Counted from the stretch's first letter, positions 25,463 to 35,900 are shown. The stretch: 64,000 nt of DNA from Phyllobates terribilis (GCF_046119375.1 NW_027362773.1:112840001-112904000), one strand, 5' to 3'. The notes: generated by a model not told the origin, from the sequence alone. Made by a program: numbers and translations.

Positions 25463-27577
25463 TTAAATTCAGAGACCGAGAACTCTGATGAAGAATAGGT
25501 CCCTGAGAGAGGAGGTCCGGACGGTCTGGCAGTCTCCAGGAGGAGTCGACGAGCAGGTTTACCAGATCTGCGTACCAGACGCGTCTTGGCCAATCCGGGG
25601 CTATTAGAATTACCTGTACTCCCTCTGTCTTGATCTTTTTGACGACCCGAGGAATCAATGGTAGAGGGGGAAATAGATAAGGGAGCTGGAACTGAGACCA
25701 TGAGATGACTAGCGCATCTTGAGCGATCGCAAGGGGATCGCGGGACCGGGCTACGAAGGATAGAACCTTGTGGTTTAACCGAGAAGCCATGAGGTCGACG
25801 TCCGGTGTGCCCCATCGTAAGCATATCTGATGGAACACCTCGGGATGGAGAGACCATTCTCCTGAGGCAAGGCCCTGCCGATTGAGGAAGTCGGCCGCCC
25901 AATTGTCGACCCCCGGAATGTGCACTGCTGAGATTGCCGGAACAGTGTTCTCGGCCCAAACTAGCACTCTTGCCACCTCTTTGAAGACGGACTTGCTGCG
26001 TGTTCCTCCCTGACGGTTTATGTACGCCACCGCCGTGGCGTTGTCCGATTGTACGCGGACTGGGAATCCAGCAAGAATGTCCTGCCAGTGACGCAACGCC
26101 AGATAAATTGCCCTTATCTCCAATATATTGATTGGCAGGGAGGCTTCGTGGAGACTCCAACGGCCCTGCACTGTGTGGTGGAGGAAGACTGTCCCCCAAC
26201 CTATGAGGCTGGCATCGGTTGTGACTACCTGCCAGCGAAGTGGCAGGAATGACCTCCAGAGTCTGAAGGAAGAAGGACGAGTCCACTTCTGACATGAGGA
26301 GGTAACCTGATGCGTCGATCTAGAGACGACGGGTTCTTGTCCTATGCCGACAGAAGGGCCAGTTGAAGAGGCCGGGTATGGAACTGGGCAAACGGGACAG
26401 CTTCCATGGCTGCCACCATTTTTCCCAAGACACTCATGCACAAGCGAAGGCGGAGTGGACTCGGGTCGGAGAGAAGGTGAATCCCCCGACGGATAGAGTC
26501 TATCTTCTCCCTTGGGAGAAGGACCCGGGCATGGGTCATGTCGAACTGCATCCCTAGAAAGGTTAAGCGCTGAGATGGGACCAGGGAGGATTTGTCTGTG
26601 TTGATCAACCAGCCTAACCGAGAAAGTGTGTCCAGGGTGATCTGGAGACTGTGGAGACAGTCCCTGAATGTGGGACCCTTGATCATTAGGTCGTCGAGGT
26701 AGGGGATAATTACAATCACCCTGGCTCGTAGAATGGCCATGACCGTCGCCATTACCTTTGTGAAAACCCTCGGGGCGGAGGCAAGCCCGAAGGGGAGAGA
26801 AGTGAATTGGTAATGTGCGCTCTGGAAGGCAAATTGAAGGAACTTCTGATGTGGTGCGTAAATTGGAATGTGAAGATACGCATCCTGAATATCCACTGAA
26901 CATAGGTATTCCCCGGCCTCCATTGAGGCGATTACCGACCTGAGGGACTCCATTCTGAAGTGCCGTACGCGTACCTGTCGGTTTAGTTGTTTGAGGTCTA
27001 GGATCGGACGTAGTGAGCCGTCCTTTTTTGGAACGATGAAAAGATTTGAGTAGAAACCTGAACACCTTTCTTGGATGGGGACTGGAACTATAACTCCTGA
27101 GTGCAGAAGGGAGGCAATGGCCTGAAGGAAACCGGGAAGTCGAGATGAATGCGGGTGGCGGGACCTGAGAAATCGTGTTCTTGGCATGGTGTTGAACTCG
27201 ATTTTGTAGCCTGAGGTCACTATCTCCTTGACCCAGGCATCCTCTATTGCCGATACACAGGGGTCTCGGAACAGAAGAAGACGGCCGCCCACCCTGGGAG
27301 AAATCCCAGGTGGGAGTGACCCGTCATGCTGAGGAAAACCTGTTGGATCGAGATCGGGATTCAGAGGACTTGGAAGAGCGATCCTTTGCACGCCAGCTGG
27401 GAGTTGGCCTAAAGGTAGGCTTACGTTTGTCTTGCTGTGCTGGGGTACGGTCCTGTTGAGAGGAGGATCCTGGTTGAGAGAACCGACGAAAGGACCGGAA
27501 CTGAAGGTAACATTTTCTAGGAAAAGGGCGATTAGGTCTCGACTGAGGAAGGGAAGTGCTCTTGCCCCCAGTGGCAT
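25434..27577 (-). pseudogene. DIRS1 pol: reverse transcriptase, RNase H and Dam-like methyltransferase domain
   Basis: LRPILDL, DIQDAY, LPFGL and YLDD (RT); TDAS, LEIRA, DN and ADFL (RNase H); DLMAS..YLFPP (MT); TGG to TAG stop at 26342-26344 plus a nearby frameshifting deletion. Confidence 0.93.
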
Positions 27578-28808
27578 CAGAGATGATCTGGTCTAATTTA
27601 GACCCAAACAGTCTGGAGCCCTGGAAAGGGAGATTTGTTAGTGATTTCTTGGAAGCCGGGTCGGCGTTCCAAGCCTTCAGCCAAAGAATCCTACGTATAG
27701 CGATGATATTGCTGGAGACGCGTGCTGAACAGGTAGCGGCGTCGAGGGATGCCGTGAGGAGATATTTCCCTGCGTGGGCAATCTGATCCGCTAGGTCAGC
27801 CAGATCGTCTGGGGAAGCCCCGGAAAGGATGCCCTGCCCAAGCTGTTTGGCCCATGCGGAGACTGCCTTTGATACCCAAGTTGAGGCGAAGGAAGGACAA
27901 AAGGAGGTGCCAGCAGCCTCGAAGGCTGACTTAGCCAAGGCCTCAACCTGTCTATCTGTAGTGTCCTTGAGGGAAGAACCATCTGGGAGGGACAGTACCG
28001 TCTTAGCCGAAAGACGATAGACAGGAGGATCCACAGAAGGGGACTCCGTCCATTTGCTGACGAGGTCGTGGTTAAATGGGTATAGCATGTCTAACTGCTT
28101 CTTTCCAGTGAAGCGTTTCTCTGGATGCTCCCATTGTTTTTCAAAGTTTTGAAATTCTGAATGGTTAGAGAAGGTGCGTGCCGGGCGCTTAATTCTCTTG
28201 AAGGAAAAGGAGTAGTCCTGAGAAGGGCTCTCGTCCTCTTTAACATGCAGAGTGTGATTGACGGCCGATATAAGGCGGTCAACCATGTCCTGGACTTTAG
28301 AATATTGGTCCGTATCGGATCCAGAGTCAGAATCTGATTCAGTGTCAGATCCCGGAGCGGCCTCTTGGGAAGAGGTGTGAGATGCAGGGAGCAATTTGGA
28401 GTCTGGAGAGCTGGAGGATGAGCTTGTGTGAGTACGTTTCTGAGAACGTGCCCTCGGTCTGCCCTTAGAAGGAGGGGGCAGGGGTGCCTGCGAATCGTCC
28501 GTTGGAACGTTCGGAGCACTGGTGGCCGTGGATAGCATGGGCAAACTTTCTAGGACCTGCACCAGAGATTGAGATACCTTGGTGAGGTCAGAGACAGACT
28601 GGGACATAGCAACAGCCCACTCCGGAGGAGGGGGAGTTACCTCGTCCTGGGCGGCAGGGGGGTCTTGGGGTGCCAGCATGGTGGGAGGCTTGCAGGTCAA
28701 GCAGAAAGCCGTTGTCAGACCCGCGGGCCACTTAGTACTGCAAAGAGCACAGGCATAATATGTGACTGTGTGAGTGGGACGGACAGAAAGCTCCCTGGGT
28801 TTGGGCAT
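27324..28808 (-). CDS. DIRS1 gag-like ORF1 (494 aa, open)
   Basis: Long ORF upstream of and overlapping pol; N-terminal CxxC..CxxC and vertebrate DIRS ORF1 motifs (P.VDPPV, D..DR.VE, RR..WL..W..D...K..L..LPF.G..LFG..LD). Confidence 0.85.
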   Translation of the reverse strand: MPKPRELSVRPTHTVTYYACALCSTKWPAGLTTAFCLTCKPPTMLAPQDPPAAQDEVTPPPPEWAVAMSQSVSDLTKVSQSLVQVLESLPMLSTATSAPNVPTDDSQAPLPPPSKGRPRARSQKRTHTSSSSSSPDSKLLPASHTSSQEAAPGSDTESDSDSGSDTDQYSKVQDMVDRLISAVNHTLHVKEDESPSQDYSFSFKRIKRPARTFSNHSEFQNFEKQWEHPEKRFTGKKQLDMLYPFNHDLVSKWTESPSVDPPVYRLSAKTVLSLPDGSSLKDTTDRQVEALAKSAFEAAGTSFCPSFASTWVSKAVSAWAKQLGQGILSGASPDDLADLADQIAHAGKYLLTASLDAATCSARVSSNIIAIRRILWLKAWNADPASKKSLTNLPFQGSRLFGSKLDQIISDATGGKSTSLPQSRPNRPFPRKCYLQFRSFRRFSQPGSSSQQDRTPAQQDKRKPTFRPTPSWRAKDRSSKSSESRSRSNRFSSA

Positions 28809-29336
28809 ATGTGACTGACCAGAAATACTGCAGAGGAGGGAGCCTGTGTGGTGCCAGAGTAGGTTCTACCCGGTCTGGAATGTGCACGGTCCCGTATCCC
28901 CAGTCAGAAAGTCCGGAGACGCGGAGACAGGAGCAGAGCTGTGGTGATGAGGCAGTCAGACAGGATGCTGCTGCCGGAGCCAGAACGAGAGCAGCGTAGA
29001 GGGGCGGAGAGTGTTTCCCTGAGCAAGCTAGGGGAGCCAAAGCTCTGATAGGTAGAGGGGATGGGGGGGCGAGCTTAAGAACTTGGCCGCTGATAGGCCC
29101 CTGGGATAAAAGTGGGCGTGACGGAATCGTCATAACGCTCCACAGTCCTGATTGGCCGTTTTCCGGGAGGGGCGTGTACCCGCCCAAAAGAGAAATGCCA
29201 ACCCGAACCCGCCCCCCGAGAAAAAGCGCGGGCAGAATTGCCGCGCAAAAGAGGGAGAGAGAAACGGGGGGGAGGGTTGTTGTTCTGTGGGAGACGCTAT
29301 CCTGGGGAACGCCATTGAGTATGAGGTCCGTCTATC

Positions 29337-30091
29337 TGTGATGCCCAGCTGTGCTTGGTATCACAGATCCTAGAAGGGTGTATTGAAGGATTCCTCCACA
29401 AGAGGCCCCCATAACCATTCACACATCTCCACCTTCCACCTCAGACCACCAGAGGGAGCCCGTTAGGGATAGATAAATAGGGAAGGTGGAGCCAGGCAGC
29501 TCAGTTCCTCTGGAGAGTTCAGCAAGTACAAACCTAAATGCAGAGTCGAGCTCAGTTAGTCTAGACTGGAACTGACAGAGAGCAAACCTGTTGAGAGAGT
29601 TCCTGCAGTAGAAGCCTGAGAGAGGTCAGTCTGCAGTGGAGCGTGTTCTAGCTCAGAGAGGTGAGCTTTTGGTGTGCCGGCGCCATAAGATTGGTGAAGC
29701 GCGGCAAGCTGCCGTTAGTGTGAGTAGCCTATTGAAGGCCCGAGTAGGCCGAAGGCGAGTAGAGAGAGTTAGTTCATAGGGGGCAGAGGAGCTTAACTAG
29801 CTCACCCCGAAGAAGCAGTTACCGGACACCGGGTCCGAAGCTTACCGGGATCTCCACGACCCAGTAAGATAAACCGGAATCCCTGGAGAACTACAAGTCC
29901 CAGGATCGCTAAAGTGCTGATACGTACCAGAGCCAGGAGACACATAGGCCCCGTAAGTCGGGAGCGTGTAATCCAACAGAAGGCCCTACCACAAGGTCAG
30001 CCAGCGCAGGACAGAGACAAAGTTAGGCCTAGCTCCAGGCAGGTCAGAAACTTACCACGCAGAGGCAAGAAACAGGAGGCCCAAAACCCGC
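29337..30091 (+). mobile_element. 5' part of a second, oppositely oriented LTR, fused to the truncated 3' LTR of the cold-shock element
   Basis: Begins with TGTGATGCCC...GGTATCACA hairpin, then ATAAATA and a purine-rich tract; no similarity to 32964-33745. Confidence 0.5.
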
Positions 30092-30589
30092 TCTGTTCCT
30101 TTCTGTTTCTGTTCCTTTCTGTTCCTGTTCCTTTTTTCTGGCTCTGGCCTTCACTCTAGGCCTGCCTCGTGGAGCTGGGCCCAGACTGAGCCACAGCTCC
30201 CTGTCAGCCCTCTCTGGCTGAACTCCTCTTCTCCTCCTGACTGAATCTCTCTCAGAAATAAGATGGTGCCCACCTTATATACCTCCCTCTCTGTGTATGA
30301 GTCCAGGTGACTTGCAACCAATGGGCTCCTACCTATGCCCAGAAACCGTCCTCTCCTGCTCCTACATCACTGGGTTTTCCTCCCCACTCCAGCCAGGGAC
30401 AGGTTCTGTCGTGCCTGCATTACTGTACTAATGGGAGCACCGTTGAGCTGTCCCCCGGAAATGGGGTATGTGTGATGCATGCAGCTAACTGAGTCCCGGT
30501 CCACACACCATCCTTACCCGGGAGTGGGATATCACACCTCTGGTTGAGGTGCAATACCTCTGTAGCGACCGAACCCTCGGGGCGCTACA

Positions 30590-30600
30590 TTCCCCCCTGG
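30590..30600 (-). promoter_or_regulatory. Polypurine tract
   Basis: ccaggggggaa directly precedes TGTAGCG of the 3' LTR on the minus strand. Confidence 0.8.
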
Positions 30601-31191
30601 TAAACCACAGCACGTCCTCGGGCTGGAAAAGAGCAAAGACAATTCAAAAACATACATTTTTAGAATGCATTCGCATATAAGACAATAACCATTTAACCCA
30701 TCCCTTTATGGGAGGCACTTTTCTCCTTTAACGTTACTGGTACACTTTTCTCCTTTAACAAATATTACAAGACTTTCTTCACACATATAAAATACCATAA
30801 AACTCTTTTAGCAGCATATAAAACTTTTCAGTATAAAACATTCTTAAGTAAAACATATTCTTGGGTACTGGCCGCGGTGCAACTTGCGACCAGGTGTTTT
30901 TTCTTCTTAAAGGTGCAACAGTCCAGCAAATTTGTCTTGAGGTAGACGTTGCAGTCTTTTAATAAAACCTGTAGGGGGCGCTTTAGGAAGCGCAACTATT
31001 TACAGGGGCGGCCGCTCTCAGTCCTCGGCCAGGTAGGGAGGGGAATGGCTGTTCTCAGTCCCCAGCCAGATTAGGGAAAAGGGATGGCTGTTCTCAGTCC
31101 CCAGCCAGATTAGGGATATAGGGGGTAACTTCCAAACATCAGTTCTTATACCCTGACGGGTAACTATATACATAGGCACATTTTCTCCTCC

Positions 31192-32043
31192 TTACCACTG
31201 ATGGTATCCTCCATATGCGCCTTGTTCCTCCGGGTAGTCTTCAGGCCTGTCCTGGCCCTCTTGGTACTCGGGGTCCGAGTGGTACTGCTCCTCCTCTCCT
31301 ACCACTCTATGGACGTGGAGGGCGTACAGTCCTTTTGCACCCTTGTGCCGGGTGTAGGTGACCACGTCGCCAGGATATAAATCTCGTCCGCGATGTCCCT
31401 CTGGCAGGTGGCTCTCGACGTCCCTGCGGGTCAGAAAGACGTCGTCGGTGGTTTCAGGGTCCTTGATGAAGCCCCAGCCGCGATCCATCTGAAACTTCAC
31501 CACGGTCCCGGTGACTCTGGGACCGCTGGCAGCTCGGGGTTTCTGTTGGGCTCTTCTCTTCTGCTCCGCACTCCGTGTTTGGAGCCGCTCCTCCCTGACA
31601 CGTCGCTCCCGCCGCTCCCTCTCAAATGTCGCCAGCTGTTGGCGGCAGGACTCCAGTCCACGGGCTGCGTCCGCCCGGGTTTCCTGGGTGAACCCCATCA
31701 GGTTTTCTCCAGTGGGGTCCCACTCGAACTGGGCGTCCTCCAGCGGGGGATAGCTTATCTCTCTGGGCTCCGGAGCTGGTATCAGGGGTTCGCGCGGGGG
31801 CTGGTCTCTCCATTGGCGGCTGCTGATCAGGTCGGCCGGCCATACCAGGGGCAGTCCATCCGGGCCGGTGTGCTGGGCGAATAGATCCACGCCCAGGGGC
31901 AGTATGGCAGGGGGCCCCGGTGGGGGAGCAGCGCCCGGGGGCACTCGGCCTTGCGACCATGCCGGTGGTCGCCTGCTGGTCGTGCCCGGGCGTGGCACCG
32001 TCAAGGAAGGGGGCGCTCGTGAGGCAGTGACGCCCGGGTGCAC
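31192..32043 (-). CDS. LTR-element ORF2: Pro-rich region, coiled coil, cold-shock domain (about 31303-31515), acidic/Tyr-rich tail; true start uncertain
   Basis: VTGTVVKFQMDRGWGFIKDPETTDDVFLTRRDV...LYPGDVVTYTRHKGAKGLYALHV matches the CSD pattern GTVKWF...KGFGFI...DVFVH...L.EG..V.F....G.KG..A.NV. Confidence 0.8.
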   Translation of the reverse strand: MHPGVTASRAPPSLTVPRPGTTSRRPPAWSQGRVPPGAAPPPGPPAILPLGVDLFAQHTGPDGLPLVWPADLISSRQWRDQPPREPLIPAPEPREISYPPLEDAQFEWDPTGENLMGFTQETRADAARGLESCRQQLATFERERRERRVREERLQTRSAEQKRRAQQKPRAASGPRVTGTVVKFQMDRGWGFIKDPETTDDVFLTRRDVESHLPEGHRGRDLYPGDVVTYTRHKGAKGLYALHVHRVVGEEEQYHSDPEYQEGQDRPEDYPEEQGAYGGYHQW

Positions 32044-32095
32044 TAGGCCTTGCGACCCGGCCTATGACGTCTCTCTCTCTTTATTGCGCCCGGGG

Positions 32096-32878
32096 TTAAA
32101 GGGCACGGCGCGGGGCGGGGCGCGACAGCAGTGTTTGCAACCTGAGGCCTAGCTGGTAGCGGCAGAGGTGTGGCGACAGGTGCGGTTCCCGGGGCTTCGG
32201 GCCTTGCAACGGGAGGCTGAGGTATGCTCGCGTTTTCAGGGCTGGGAGTGGTGACGTCCCCGTTACCTGCCTCGGTTGTTGCGGTCTCCTCCGTGGCGTC
32301 GTCCCCGGACTCTGGTCCACCTTCACCGCCCTCGGCGTGCGGCTGGGCGGTGGTAGCGCCTCCTGCGGTCGGGTCACGGCTTGCCTTGCCAACTCCTCCT
32401 TCCACCCGGCGATCACGTCCCGCTGCGCCCGGACCATCCTCCGGTCCAGGTCTTCTAGCGCGGCTTGCGCACGCTCCAGGTCTCTGGGGAGCTGCGCCAG
32501 CAACTCTGTTAGGCTGCATGGTGGCTCAGCCTGCAGCAGGCTACGGGCCAGCGTGTTGGTGGGGTGCGGTGCTCCTTCCATTCCCGGGTGTGGCCTGTCC
32601 AGACTGATCCAGACCGCACCCTGCCCCACAGTTTTCTTTCCTGTCCGCCCCCATTGGGGGTGGTCCTGGGGCCATCTGCTGACAATCACTTTCAGGGGCA
32701 GCCCCCCCACATTGATGGACATCTCTACAGCCGCACTCATGGCTGTTGGGGGCGGGCTCCTTCTTTGGCGCCATTCTGGGACCTGGCCCACGATGGGAGG
32801 TGGCTTCCTGCTGTCTTTTGGCGCGCACATTATGGCGTCCGTTCTGCTGGGGCGGGCGCCATTTTTCAACACAGTCAA
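32096..32878 (-). CDS. LTR-element ORF1, uncharacterised, with coiled-coil segment (first ATG at 32830)
   Basis: 260-codon GC-rich ORF just downstream of the PBS; heptad-like LAQLPRDLERAQAALEDLDRRMVRAQ; no recognisable family motif. Confidence 0.5.
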   Translation of the reverse strand: MTVLKNGARPSRTDAIMCAPKDSRKPPPIVGQVPEWRQRRSPPPTAMSAAVEMSINVGGLPLKVIVSRWPQDHPQWGRTGKKTVGQGAVWISLDRPHPGMEGAPHPTNTLARSLLQAEPPCSLTELLAQLPRDLERAQAALEDLDRRMVRAQRDVIAGWKEELARQAVTRPQEALPPPSRTPRAVKVDQSPGTTPRRRPQQPRQVTGTSPLPALKTRAYLSLPLQGPKPREPHLSPHLCRYQLGLRLQTLLSRPAPRRAL

Positions 32879-32940
32879 TTTCGATTAAACAGTCTCTTTC
32901 TCTTCAGGGCGCAATACCCGTTGGTGGCGGGTTGGTAACG

Positions 32941-32958
32941 ATCCTGCCGACTACATCA
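32941..32958 (-). promoter_or_regulatory. Primer-binding site complementary to the tRNA-Ser 3' end
   Basis: Plus-strand atcctgccgactacatca versus tRNA-Ser(AGA/TGA) 3' end atcctgccgactacgcca (16/18), 5 nt inside the 5' LTR end. Confidence 0.8.
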
Positions 32959-35900
32959 AAAGTTGACGCGCCCCCTGGGCCGCGTGGGGAACCCGGAACC
33001 GGGCCCTTTTTGTGGACGCTGGGGGTTGTAGTCACCGTGGCGGCGACCCGGTCCCGTGGCTCAGGGTGGTCAAACCAGTGGCAGTCTTTATAGGGTTTTT
33101 GTGGTTTAATGTCCGACTATGCCACCCGTGGATTGCGGTCAGTGCGAACCGCCGCTGCAAGGCTGGGGCTGATGGTGTATGCAGCTGAGGTCATGTAACT
33201 CCCCACGGGAGGAGTGCAGCCCCAGGGCAGTGTAGTAGATGGTGGGGGTGATGGTGCGCGGGCGTCCCAGCACTAGTAGTGCTGTATGCGGTGAGAAAGC
33301 ACAGAGACAAGGTATTGCAGTTCAAGTTCTTTTACTCACAGTTCTCATCCAGGTCACTTATGCGCAGGTAGGACCGCCAGAGCCGTGCTGCATCCACCAG
33401 GCAGGGGGCCCGGTCAACCCCCAGGTAATTACGGAGTGTGGCACAGGACTCCCTTCTATCCTTTCGTCAGCCGTGCCCCACCAGTGACACTACTTCTGTC
33501 CAGCTGCCTCGGTCTTCTCTTGGGAGGCTGGGTGTCCACTTCCCTGACCCTATGTGGTGTGCCTTTCTAGTAGGTGTAGTGAGGGGTCGCACCAGTAAAT
33601 GGTCACGACCGCCGGTCCTTGGCTGAGGATTAGTCGCCTCTACCAACTTGGGATCCGGTACCCTGTTCTGCCAACCCGTCACCCGCAATCTCCTGGGTCC
33701 TTAGGGTTCCTTCTGCCTTCGTGTCTCTGGGCCTCTCTTGGTGTTCTGTTCCTTTCTGTTTCTGTTCCTTTCTGTTCCTGTTCCTTTCTGTTCCTTTCTT
33801 CTGGCTCTGGCCTTCACTCTAGGCCTGCCTCGTGGAGCTGGGCCCAGACTGAGCCACAGCTCCCTGTCAGCCCTCTCTGGCTGAACTCCTCTTCTCTTCT
33901 CCTCCTGACTGAATCTCTCTCAGAACTAAGATGGTGCCCACCTTATATACCTCCCTCTCTGTGTATGAGCCCAGGTGACTTGCAACCAATGGGCTCCTAC
34001 CTATGCCCAGAAACCGTCCCCTCCTGCTCCTACATCACTGGGTTTTCCTCCCCCCTCCCCACTCCAGCCAGGGACAGGTTCTGTCGTGCCTGCATTACTG
34101 TACTAATGGGAGCACCGTTGAGCTGTCCCCCGGAAATGGGGTGTGTGTGATGCATGCAGCTAACTGAGTCCCGGTCCACACACCATCCTTACCCGGGAGT
34201 GGGATATCACACCTCTGGTTGAGGTGCAATACCTCTGTAGCGACCGAACCCTCGGGACGCTACATAAGCATCGGCAGGGAAAAGAGAAGCTTCCCTATTA
34301 ACCCATGATTGAGATGAGAGGGCTGAGGGAGCAGCAGGGATGAATTGTACCTTTCTCGATGACTGTTCTTGCTCCTTCCCTCTGAGGATGTACACAGGAG
34401 GTCCTCCGTGGATAGGGGGGATCCTGGCTTTTCCTCCTTCCCGCACTGACCGGTCCTGAACAGCGCAGGAGACGGTGTCGACCTCAGAATCTGGGGGAAG
34501 GTCACCGTAGTGACCACCGTCTCCCTCCCAGTCCGCTCTGAGGAGGGGGCTGGCGTGGGGAATGGGCAAGGACTGGCCACCAAGAATCACCCTGAGACAC
34601 CCTAAGGTGGCAGGGGATAGGTCCTGTCCAGCGGGTCCGAGAGTGGGCGATGTGGGGGTAGCCACATTGCTCTCTCGATCGCTAGTGGATTAACAGGGGA
34701 CGCAATGTGCCCTGTTAGCCTGAAGAGCTGTATCTGAAAAATAAAGATGAAATGTTAATAACACACAACAGGGTTGGATCTGAGAAGATCCAGGTCTACC
34801 TCTTACAGACACTAAGCTTAAACTGGTGAGCTTGATGCCTGTAGGCGGGTGTATACTGCGGAGGAGGAGCTTTTTTCTTTTTTGCCTAGTGTCAGCCTCC
34901 TAGTGACAACAGCATACACCCATGGTCCTGTGTCCCCCAATGAAGCGATAAAGAAATATTTGACTCTTCAGATTTTGTGGTATACTAGCCTGATGAAGAG
35001 ATCTGTGTAGTCTCGAAAGCTTGCAATTTGTTACCATCTTTTCAGTTAGCCATTAAAAGGTATCAACCACTGAGGACTCTCAAATCTATATATTTTTCTA
35101 AAAAGGGCGGAAACTTTATGGTTGCATACTGAGTAGTGGCACAGAAACTGGTTGCACTGGTGCAGACAACAGGGCCTGCAACTACTCCCTCAGATCTCAG
35201 GGTCACTTTTTTCCTTTGTAGACCGCCCTCCAAAATCTCTGACTGGCCTCGAGGTGCTGTCAACTTCTCCTTTTATAATTTGACTCCACCTAGAATGGAG
35301 GCTATATACCGACCACCTACAAAACACTTCACTTATAGTACGTTTTGGCTATGTCCCACAATGAGCTTTTGGTGAGTTTTTGATGTTGAAGATTTTCTGC
35401 GCCCATTAAGTAAGATCAGTTACTTGCATTTTTTTCTAAAAAAAAACACAGTGTAAAAAAACTTACCAAAACTCATTGTGGGAACGTAGCCTTAAAATGC
35501 TAAAGCTGCATAGCATGCAATATTTGCAACACAAAAGACTAAAAATAGTTGGCACAATTGGTAAGCCTACGTATTCGCGCCTGACGTCATCTGTGACTGA
35601 CTCAATCTTCTGAAATGTGTAAACTGGCGTCTGGTATTTTTTTTTCGACTGAATGGAATCACAAATTGTTCGAATTTGACGGGATCTGAGAATTTCATAA
35701 AATTTGACTTAAATTTGAGTTTCTATTGAATCAATTCAAGTCACTAGTCACGTCAGGTGATACAATTTTGGGGTTCTACGAGCTCAGGTTTCCACCAATT
35801 CCCAAAATGATTTCAATGATGCACAACTATTGTGAAATAAATGTCAGAGAAATCTCACACACCGTTCTTATGATGTAGGTAACGTTTTCTTTTAATGCAC

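Larger units (their letters stand above)
30092..34264 (-). mobile_element. Non-autonomous (pol-less) LTR element: 5' LTR 32964-34264, PBS, two ORFs, PPT, truncated 3' LTR 30092-30589
   Basis: About 500-bp near-identical direct repeats; TG...CA 5' LTR; PBS and PPT in canonical positions; 2374-bp interior without RT, integrase or protease motifs. Confidence 0.85.
23970..34956 (-). mobile_element. Full-length DIRS1-type tyrosine-recombinase retrotransposon (with a nested LTR element)
   Basis: ITRs at about 24012-24135 and 34821-34945; ICR 24261-24358 is complementary to both termini; gag, RT/RH/MT and YR ORFs; inserted at an AAA/TTT with no TSD. Confidence 0.96.
23310..35100. repeat. Penelope-like inverted-repeat element whose right arm is split by the DIRS1 insertion
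   Basis: 23310-23650 is inverted relative to 23759-23969 joined to 34957-35100; both arms carry a CTGATGAA...GAAAGCTT motif. Confidence 0.75.

Noticed and set aside
24594-28814. Plus-strand ORFs overlapping DIRS genes
   Set aside because: Antisense shadows of GC-rich coding sequence with no recognisable motifs.
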